Shown: positions 18,880 through 27,045 of the stretch, in pieces
How positions within the stretch are numbered: the stretch's first letter is position 1
Layout of the letters: each line of letters opens with the position of its first letter
Source: an uncultured archaeon
Lineage (GTDB): Archaea > Asgardarchaeota > Lokiarchaeia > Sigyniarchaeales > SOKP01
Assembly: GCA_964388035.1 (NCBI GenBank)
Contig: CAYLZE010000050.1
Coordinates: 1-33,922, forward strand
Length of the DNA stretch: 33,922 nt
Direction: 5' to 3'
Notes under the pieces: model-generated
Told to the model about the DNA's origin: nothing
Database searches by the model: none
Seen by the model: only the letters and a program-made list of their open reading frames with translations
Program-made: the position numbers and the translations under genes

Positions 18880-20087
18880 ATGAAAGCAATTGAATTAAAA
18901 GCAAAATGGGACCCTAAACCGAATTTTAAATTAGGACCTAAAGATATCGAAGGAAAATTAACATATTTAGGTTCACAAGTATGGAGAAATCCTTCGATAA
19001 ATGTGGTGGAAAAACAAAAGCCAACGATTAAGGCTAATGAGGTACTAATTAAGGTGAAACGATGTGGAAATCTTGAAAATTATTTTTCAAGACCATAATA
19101 TGTGGTTCCGATGTGCACATGGCGCAAACACATGAAGACGGATATATATTTTATCCCGGTCTTACTGCCTTTCCCGTAACTCTTGGACATGAATTTTCAG
19201 GAGAAGTCTCTGAAGTGGGGGAAAAAGCCATCAATAAAAGAACGGGCAAACCATATGAACTCGGAGAACCAGTCACAGTAGAAGAAATGGCCTGGTGTGG
19301 AGAGTGTAGACCATGCTGCGATGGATTTCCAAACCACTGCGAGCGACTTCAAGAAATAGGTTTTTCAATTGATGGTGCATTTGCTGAATACATCGCAGCC
19401 CCCGCAAAATTATGCTGGAGTTTGAAAAAATTACAGGGAAAATATGAGGATATTTATAAAATAGGAAGTTTGGTGGAACCGACATCGGTTGCGTATAACG
19501 CCGTCATCGAACGGGGAGGTGGCATACGCCCGGGAGAAAATGTTATTATTTTAGGAGGAGGTCCAATTGGCATTGCTGCAACGGCAATTTTGAAAAGAGC
19601 AGGGGCTGGTATTTGTATTTTATCGGAACCGAATGAGCATAGAGCTCGCTTGGCAAGGAAAATGGGTGCCGATTATATTATTGATCCCTCAAAAGAGAAT
19701 TTTGTTGAAAAAGTTAAAGAATATACCGATAGAGAGGGGGCTGCTATCTATTTAGAAGCAACGGGACTTCCTCATATAGTTACTGATGACATCCAGAATG
19801 CTATTTGGGAATGTAAAGCAGTTAATAGTACCGTTGTTATTGTCGCCAGAGCAGAGCAGAGAATGCCTATAATTGGTGAATATTTTCAAGTAAAAAGGGC
19901 TCGAATAGTTGGTTCACAGGGTCACAGTGGACATGGGACGTTTCCTAATGTCATTAGTTGCATGGCCACGGGAATGGACATGTCTCCCATGATAACAAAG
20001 GAGATAAAGCTCGAAGAAGTAAGTGAAAATCTAAAAAGACTTCAAACCGACAGAGAAAACTGCAAGATATCCGCTAAATTAGGATAA
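18880..20087 (+). CDS. iolM: Scyllo-inosose 3-dehydrogenase (Zn-dependent MDR), split by a 29-nt BHB intron; join(18880..19069,19099..20087), 392 aa
   Basis: N-terminus AKWDPKPNFKLGPKDIEGKLTYLGSQVWR closely resembles Thermotoga IolM as I recall it. Spliced motif KRCGICGSDVHM; GHEFSG; structural-Zn CGECRPC...C; GGGPIG. Confidence 0.9.
19070..19098 (+). other. Predicted BHB-type mRNA intron in iolM (29 nt)
   Basis: Helix GUGG(19064-67)/CCAU(19093-96); bulges AA|A and AA|U; perfect 9-bp intron stem UCUUGAAAA/UUUUCAAGA; exon pairs AU/AU. Confidence 0.92.
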
Positions 20088-20162
20088 CCGTGAGGCTTTT
20101 AAAATCTTACCTTTTCAATTACTTTTTTTCATTAAAATTTAATACTCCCATTGGATTTATCA

Positions 20163-20984
20163 TTAAAAAACCTTCAATATTAAACTTAGATATTCCATGC
20201 TAGATTTTGCTACTTCTTCAAAAGATGGTTTCATGATTGTCTCAATTGATGCATAACCTTGATAACCAGAATCTTCAAAGATATTCAAGAAAGCTTTAAA
20301 ATCAAAATGCCCCGTTCCAGGAGCTCTTCTGGTACAATCTGATAAATGAATGTGTGAAACCAGGGGTGCGATTTTTACCAGATAATTCCATATAAAACCG
20401 GGATCCTCCTCTAAATGAGTATGAAATGAATCGATTAATAATTTAAGATTATCTGAGCCGATCTTTTCAATCAAATTAACCGCCTCCGATATGGAATTAT
20501 AGGAATCCATCTCAAAACTATTAATGGGTTCAAACACGAGCTCTACATCGTAGAGTTCTGCATTTCTACAACATTCCTTTAAGGAAGATTCAATGTTTAA
20601 TCGTTCTTTTTTGGGATTGCTGTGATAGCTATACCTCCCTCTAATTAAACCAATAATAACTTTTGCATTAAATTCTTTAGCAAATTTAATATATTCGCTA
20701 ATTCTAGCAATGGCTTTTTCTCGCATTTGCATTTCATGATGGCCTAAAGAGTATCCAAATCGCAGAAAAGTGCTACCTGTACCTAAAGCTGAAAGTTCCA
20801 TATCATAAGTTTCCAGAAGTTCATTAATTTCCGCTATATTGACTTTCTCCGGCTCCAATAAGCTCAATTCAATTCCATCGTAATTCAATGATTTCAGAAA
20901 GTCTAATAGAGAAGTAAATTTCTTGTTGATCTCTTCTTGATTCAACTTTTTTTCATTTAAAGAAGAGACTATACTAAGTTTCAT
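20163..20984 (-). CDS. iolO: Sugar phosphate isomerase/epimerase, likely 5-keto-L-gluconate epimerase
   Basis: YDGIEL, IIGLIRG, EPINSFE, DSFH, HIHLSD..RRAPGTGH; located inside the iol cluster. Confidence 0.78.
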   Translation of the reverse strand: MKLSIVSSLNEKKLNQEEINKKFTSLLDFLKSLNYDGIELSLLEPEKVNIAEINELLETYDMELSALGTGSTFLRFGYSLGHHEMQMREKAIARISEYIKFAKEFNAKVIIGLIRGRYSYHSNPKKERLNIESSLKECCRNAELYDVELVFEPINSFEMDSYNSISEAVNLIEKIGSDNLKLLIDSFHTHLEEDPGFIWNYLVKIAPLVSHIHLSDCTRRAPGTGHFDFKAFLNIFEDSGYQGYASIETIMKPSFEEVAKSSMEYLSLILKVF

Positions 20985-21356
20985 GATTTACCTTATTCCA
21001 TTTAAATTCCTCATTTTTTGTAAATTAATATCACTTTTAATATATTCGCTAAAATTATATTAAAAATTTATTACCATTTGATTGAAAAAAATAGGAAATT
21101 TAATTTTCACCTTACCGTGCTTTAAACACAATAAAAGCATATTGAACACGTTTTCTTAAAAATCTTAGCTCAATCAAACCCTTCCAATAGACTTGCATTA
21201 GATGATATTAATAAAGGTTCTATTTATTCTTTCTTTTATTCTAAATTTATTCATGCTCCCATGCTCACGATATTTTTTCAATACATAAAAATTTGAATGC
21301 ACTCGAATTATATTAATTAAATAGTTAAAAAATTTAGGAAAGGTGAAATAAAAAAA

Positions 21357-22354
21357 ATGACCGATTGGAATTTACCTCCTAAAGGAGGGCATATGGACCT
21401 CCCTGATGGAATCTATCTTCAAACCATGAATATTGCGGAAATAAGGGAGCGGGTTAAAAAAAATGATGTAATAATAATTCCCGTGGGCTCAACGGAAAAT
21501 CACGGTCCTGCGGCATGTATTGGAGAAGACACTTTTTTAGTAACCCGAATGGCAGAATTAGTAGCTCAAAAAACGGGATGCACGGTAGCACAGCCAACTT
21601 GGTATGGATCTCACCCATATCATCACGTGGGAATGCCTGGATCGATTATCGTGCCAGAAGAAATCTTTAAAGGTTTATTAAGAGCTGTAATGGCAGGTTG
21701 TTGGAATATGGGATTCAGGAAGCAAATAAAAACTTCTTTTTTTGCTTGAAAATGATCCTCCTGAATGGACATGGTCAGGAATATGTTATTCCCTCTGCCA
21801 TCCATGAATTTGCTAAAATTTATCAATTACCCATGGTCGTGTGTAATGTAAATTGGTATCATGCCATTCCCGAATATTGCAAAGATAAAGCACATGGTGG
21901 TCCCTTTGAAACCCCTTTTATCCACGCAGATGAGGCTGAAACTTCCTTTTCAATGACTTTATTCCCTGAAATGATTAAAAAGATCGATCTTAGTCGGGAT
22001 AATAAAATACAAGGTTGGATGCCTGAAGGACACGTGGATAAAGCGGGAAATGTATATAATAAACCAATTAAATGGTATGGGCAAGTAGGATTTAGTCCAA
22101 TTGAAGTCTCAGCTTATCCAGAAGGGCATGTTGGTTCTCCAAGTAAAGCCACTTTTGAAAAAGGAAAACCTGGAATGGACGCGCTTCTGAATTACTTGGA
22201 AAAGTTGGTTAATGATATTTTAAAAACTTTTCCCCCCGGGAAATTACCTCCGATTGAAGGCATTACTCAACGAGACCCTGAAGAAATACAAGCTTACTTG
22301 AAAGGACCTCTTAATGGAGGAAAAAGCATATATGAATTGCGATATCCTCCTTAA
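21357..22354 (+). CDS. iolN: 3-dehydro-scyllo-inosose hydrolase (creatininase family), split by a 29-nt BHB intron; join(21357..21721,21751..22354), 322 aa
   Basis: PVGSTENHG, GEDT, spliced GFRKMILLNGHGQE, HADEAETS; two overlapping ORFs each carry half of the domain. Confidence 0.88.
21722..21750 (+). other. Predicted BHB-type mRNA intron in iolN (29 nt)
   Basis: Helix CAGG(21716-19)/CUUG(21745-48); bulges AA|G and AA|A; intron stem CAAA/UUUG; exon helix GGAUU/GAUCC. A 29-nt deletion is what frame and motif spacing require. Confidence 0.8.
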
Positions 22355-22421
22355 TCTTTTTTTTTAATTTAATATTTAATAAAATAAAAAGAAATAGTAA
22401 GAAGTTAAGAAAATCAAGATA

Positions 22422-22946
22422 TTATTTTAATTCTGTTCCGCAAAATTCACAGAATTTAGCGTTGGAAGTCACGGGAGTTCCGCATCCAGGACAATACTTG
22501 GAGATTTGTTCTTTTGATGGCTTCACTTGATTTGCAGGTACTTGTTGTTCTACTTTAGCTTTTTGTTCAATTCGTTTCTCTTTGTCAGCAATAAATGCCT
22601 CTTCTAATTGTCCCGTAGAGCTTGAAAATTTACCCATTAGTTCACCGGATGCTTTTAAATCTAGTATAATGGCTCTAACATCTTTTTCAGTCATTCCCGT
22701 TGTATTAGTGATGTCTTTAATCGTAGTTTTAGGATTAATCATGAATTCATGTTTTACCACATTTCGCAGTTTACTCCTAGCAGAAAGGCGATAGATCTGA
22801 CCGATGATGATTGCTACTCCGATAATGAGAGCTATGAGACTAATTGGAAAGGGACCAAGAATTCCAAATAAGATGAAGGCTCCTGCCACGACAAAACAGC
22901 AAATAGAGACTCCTTCCGTGTACATGTTTCTTTTATATTTTACCAT
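22422..22946 (-). CDS. 2-TM membrane protein with HTH-like domain and C-terminal zinc ribbon
   Basis: Two TM helices, RSKLRNVVK.EF..NP..T...I...TG.TEKD.RAIILDLKA, CPGC...CEFC. Confidence 0.75.
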   Translation of the reverse strand: MVKYKRNMYTEGVSICCFVVAGAFILFGILGPFPISLIALIIGVAIIIGQIYRLSARSKLRNVVKHEFMINPKTTIKDITNTTGMTEKDVRAIILDLKASGELMGKFSSSTGQLEEAFIADKEKRIEQKAKVEQQVPANQVKPSKEQISKYCPGCGTPVTSNAKFCEFCGTELK

Positions 22947-23132
22947 TTCAATTATACCATGTTTTACTTGTATTTTTTAATACGAAGTTACAAATTTAAA
23001 ACCATTAGGTAAAAAATAAATAGAACCTATAAAAATTTCTCTCATCAAGATGAAACTATATTCTACTTAATTCTTTTATAAAAACTGCAAAAATCAATTA
23101 CTAAGAAAAAGTTTAAGAAATAAAAAAAAGGA

Positions 23133-23648
23133 TTAAATTTTCGCACCACAATATGCACAATAAACTACTCCTTCCTTTGTGAATGGTGTGCCGCAGCTTG
23201 GACAGTATTTTCCCATCTCCGGTTGTGGCGTCTTCTCTGTTATTAAAATTTTCTGAGGAGGAGCTATATAGGTTTGCTCCATCTTTCCGGTCTCGCAAGA
23301 AAAAATACCCACTAATTCTCCATTAGCTTTTAAATCTAAAATGATAGCCCTTGCATCTTTTTCCGTGATACCCGTGCTTCTTGAAATTTCTTCCATCGTA
23401 GCGTTTGGATTTTGCATGAATTCTGCTTTAACAACATTTCGCAGTTTACTTCTATTGGTTAGCGATCGGATTTGTCCCGCTAAGATACTCAAACCGATCC
23501 CTATCCATATCAAACCTAACCACCATAACCCGAACCATGCTGCTTTTGGTCGGATTAACGTGCTCATGCCCCAGAATATGAACGCTCCACTAATTATTAA
23601 ACCACATATTGAAATGCCTTCACTATATTGATTTTTCTCATATTTCAT
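23133..23648 (-). CDS. 2-TM membrane protein with HTH-like domain and zinc ribbon (tandem paralog of 22422..22946)
   Basis: Near-identical core RSKLRNVVK/RAIILDLKA; CPSC...CAYC. Confidence 0.75.
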   Translation of the reverse strand: MKYEKNQYSEGISICGLIISGAFIFWGMSTLIRPKAAWFGLWWLGLIWIGIGLSILAGQIRSLTNRSKLRNVVKAEFMQNPNATMEEISRSTGITEKDARAIILDLKANGELVGIFSCETGKMEQTYIAPPQKILITEKTPQPEMGKYCPSCGTPFTKEGVVYCAYCGAKI

Positions 23649-23803
23649 TGATAGAATCACCTTTTATTCTCATTAATTGTCAAAAATGAATTTAGTATAT
23701 TAAAATTTCAATAGTCCAATCTTAATTTGCACTTGTAGATTGAATTAGGATGTATAATCCCGTCTCATGCCTTTTTTAGGCGGGTTATATCAAGAAAAAC
23801 TTA

Positions 23804-24172
23804 TCATTTTTCTTGCGATGGCACTATATGACTATTTATAACTTGAAAAACATTATTAATATCAATGGTATCCAAGGAAAGAATGGTCAAAAGATAATTT
23901 AAAATTCGAATTGTCAAGATATAATAATTATCAGAATGAACGAGATTAAAGTCAGGACTCTGAATACCAATATCCTCTGTAATATCTTTAGAAACATCAT
24001 AAAGCTGGGAAAATTCTAAGCAAAGAGAAGCTTTATTAAATTCTTCTTCGTTAATTCGCGAATGCAGTACCGCTCCATTAATATTGGAAATTAAAAGAAA
24101 ATAAATGAATTTTTCAAATTTTTCTAATAAATCATCCATTATAACTTCAAAATCAATTCCATTACTTGACAT
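23804..24172 (-). CDS. Roadblock/longin-like small protein
   Basis: 122 aa, pattern FLLISNINGAVLHS...helix...beta strands; 3-nt gap after the upstream gene. Confidence 0.55.
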   Translation of the reverse strand: MSSNGIDFEVIMDDLLEKFEKFIYFLLISNINGAVLHSRINEEEFNKASLCLEFSQLYDVSKDITEDIGIQSPDFNLVHSDNYYILTIRILNYLLTILSLDTIDINNVFQVINSHIVPSQEK

Positions 24173-24175
24173 TTT

Positions 24176-24952
24176 TTATAAATCGAAATAAATTTTAAGA
24201 GTGTCTTCAAAATTGTAAAACTTTCCTATTTCTCCGTTAAAATCTTTGAGCTCTTTATCGAATTTTTTAGTAAATTCATCCGCAACTATATAAATATATC
24301 TTTGTAGTAATGGTGTCATTTTGTTTACTAAAAAAGCAAATATTACCTCATTTTTAACTATGGTATGAAAGATTTGATTGCCAAAATTAATTTCCTTTAA
24401 GTTAGCCCCTTTATCCGCTCCGATTATATTTTTCGAGAATGAAAAGAGGGCCGAAATGAAACCTCCAATGTGAATCTCGTTTTGGATAAATTTTGTATCT
24501 TTGCCCATAATTTTGGTAAAAATTGGGCATCCTCCCATATCAATCACGAATAAACTTAAAAGCCCTTCAGCTTTAGGGATCTCAATTAAATCATTACAAG
24601 TTTCTAATAATTCCTCAAAATTATTGGAATGATAACAATTTATAATCTTTTTGGAATGTATATAAAGTTTTGGGAATTTTTGGGAATCTTCTCGATCGTC
24701 TAAATAAATTATTAAAACGATTTCATGCTCTCCCCCTTTAAAATAGCTGATAAAAGCACTAAAATCTTCAAGCGGTATGAACGATTTTCCCTCCTCTTTT
24801 TCAATGATCTCATCTTTATACAATTCGAAAATATTTTGAATAGTGCTCATTCCAATACCTTTTTGAAATATAATCTGATATTGAATTATGCTGGATAACG
24901 AAATTTTTACAACCCCCATGCCAAGGATGTCAATTTTATTTACTTCCTGCAT
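24176..24952 (-). CDS. Protein with C-terminal longin-like domain
   Basis: LFVIDMGGCPIF...GGFISALFSFSKNI...LKEINFGN...FNGEIGKF. Confidence 0.65.
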   Translation of the reverse strand: MQEVNKIDILGMGVVKISLSSIIQYQIIFQKGIGMSTIQNIFELYKDEIIEKEEGKSFIPLEDFSAFISYFKGGEHEIVLIIYLDDREDSQKFPKLYIHSKKIINCYHSNNFEELLETCNDLIEIPKAEGLLSLFVIDMGGCPIFTKIMGKDTKFIQNEIHIGGFISALFSFSKNIIGADKGANLKEINFGNQIFHTIVKNEVIFAFLVNKMTPLLQRYIYIVADEFTKKFDKELKDFNGEIGKFYNFEDTLKIYFDL

Positions 24953-25562
24953 AATTCGTCCTTTGTTGCTCCAAAAGTATTACTAGTTCATATTAAGATG
25001 ATTTTTTCAATTTTTCAAAAAAGGTAATTTTTCTTTAAATACCACGCCCCTTAAAATAATCTTGTAAACGGAGGAAATGAAGGCATCATGTGAATTTTAA
25101 GACATAATAATTTCCCATTTTTGAAAGTAATAGGTAATATTTATGTATAAAAGAGAAAATTACAATTTTATTAACCATAATAAGAAAGATCTTATATTTA
25201 AAACTTTTTAAAATAAATCGTCCTTCAATTTTCTTGAAAAAGTAAATTCATTCTTCCTTGTTTAAATCCAATTAGTATCTAATTAAATTTTTAGTTTTAA
25301 TCATTGAATGAATGACGGTGTTTTTAACTGCATGAGTTCCTTTAAAAGATATAAAATTTAACCTCGGGAACGGCAGCAATTCCAATTTATTTTCTTTCTG
25401 ATACCTTTTTTAAAAAAAATATCCTCTTACTTAACCCATGAGTTTACTGCTGATTAATAATAATTATATCCACTTCCAAAAGTGCAATGAAGCATCAATA
25501 TCGAGAAATAAATTCACAGAAATAATTGAACTAAATCCATGGTAAGGACAATTTTCTTATTA

Positions 25563-26327
25563 TTAAATCCGTTTTATTGGATAAGCAACATTAGGGCGTT
25601 TTATGATAAAGGATGCATCCAGATCATTAGCCATGCGTTCTGCTATCTTAGATGGGATGCCTAACGATAAGTTATTCTGAGGAAACCAATTGTTTCCAGT
25701 GGGATCAGTTGGGCCAATAATTACAATTTCATTATGTTCATTGGTTAATCCCGCAGGGTAAGTTACAAAAGATGCACATGAAGGGCCCCAAGGCATTTTT
25801 ATATTAAATCCATCCTCCGGTTGGAAATATGCCAAAGAACAAAGATTTCTTATTTGTTCTGAATAACCAAAACATAAAAAGGACCTAACATCCTCACTTA
25901 CTCCTGCAAAGGAATCGCTTTTTTGGATCACGGTATATTTACTAAGAGGGGTAATTTTCCCAACAGACATTAGTTGTTTATCCGCAAGCTCCGGATTTGC
26001 AAGTAAATATTCTGCAGCTCCGCCTCTATAATCCTCCGAACCTGTGGATATAAAGTATTTTAATTGGGAGACAAAGGGTTTATATCCAAGCCACGCTTGT
26101 CCTCCGGGACAGCTGCCTTCTAACACCTCTTCTCCTATATAAATCGTATTAATTTCCTCAGAAATAGATAAATTGTAAATTGCATTGGCAATGCAACGAT
26201 TATAATCTCTTATAGGGATCCCATTATCTGGAATGCTTTCTGAACCGTAAATACATAACGGAGCAGTTTCCAATCTCCCCGCTTGTTTCAATTTGTTGCC
26301 AATTTCATTAATATTTAAACCAACCAT
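25563..26327 (-). CDS. DUF169-family protein
   Basis: Cys-containing motifs RCI, SCPGG, PWGPSCASFVTYP, GPTDPT. Confidence 0.7.
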   Translation of the reverse strand: MVGLNINEIGNKLKQAGRLETAPLCIYGSESIPDNGIPIRDYNRCIANAIYNLSISEEINTIYIGEEVLEGSCPGGQAWLGYKPFVSQLKYFISTGSEDYRGGAAEYLLANPELADKQLMSVGKITPLSKYTVIQKSDSFAGVSEDVRSFLCFGYSEQIRNLCSLAYFQPEDGFNIKMPWGPSCASFVTYPAGLTNEHNEIVIIGPTDPTGNNWFPQNNLSLGIPSKIAERMANDLDASFIIKRPNVAYPIKRI

Positions 26328-26639
26328 AAATAAATTTAATGATTATTAGCATTAATATATTTCATCATATTGATTAGTTCGATGAAAGGAGTATCTTGGG
26401 AGGGATTAATCCCTTTTCATGAGGAATTTGCCCAGTTGAAAAATATCGATTTAATCATGGCCCATATTCGTGAAAGCTTTCTTTCACGCTTTTACATGTA
26501 TATCTCCACAATATAGTTTCGATGTGATTTTACTATAAATATGTCTTCTATTTTCTCTATATATTTTATTGAGAAAATAATTTTATGCTAGAGAGAACTT
26601 TCAAATATTAATAGAATAAGAGAAAAGGTGAATGATTGA

Positions 26640-26813
26640 ATGAATTTCTTTTTAGATTTTGATAAAAAAAAAGAATTATTTTATAATAATTATTGGATAG
26701 ACGATGAAAAAGTAGTAGTTAAAATGCCTATTCAAGAAGGAAAAGAAAAAGAAAAGGACATAAAAATAGAAGAATTTAATTTATCAAGTCATGTCTACTT
26801 GCTTGCTTATTAG
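26640..26813 (+). CDS. Small hypothetical protein (57 aa)
   Basis: Manual ORF MNFFLDFDKKKELFYNNYWIDDEKVVVKMPIQEGKEKEKDIKIEEFNLSSHVYLLAY preceded by SD-like AAGGTGA. Confidence 0.4.
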   Translation: MNFFLDFDKKKELFYNNYWIDDEKVVVKMPIQEGKEKEKDIKIEEFNLSSHVYLLAY

Positions 26814-27045
26814 TACTTTTTTATAATAAATATTTGGTAAAACTAAAATATCTATTTTTTTTGTAGAATTTTCAAACGCCCATGTTACTTATGATTTTAA
26901 AAAGGATAATCCAATTGCTCAAAATAGACAAATCATATAAATTGGATTACAAAATAAGGAAAAACATTTCAAATGTTATTTATAGCTTTCGTGTGTAATA
27001 GTAAAACATAATTTAAATAAAATTTAATATTTAGAGCAAGATTGA

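Noticed and set aside
290-21750. dnaG, iolM and iolN as pseudogenes, programmed frameshifts or sequencing errors
   Set aside because: Each has a single 29-37 nt block insertion rather than a 1-nt indel, no other lesion in the conserved body, and a junction-spanning BHB. A frameshift would leave about 10 extra residues inside a conserved motif and, for dnaG and iolM, meet stop codons.
23753-23806. SECIS element with Sec at the terminal TGA of the 122-aa gene
   Set aside because: The TGA is immediately followed by TAA, there is no redox-motif context, and the hairpin lacks a properly placed AUGA/GA core.
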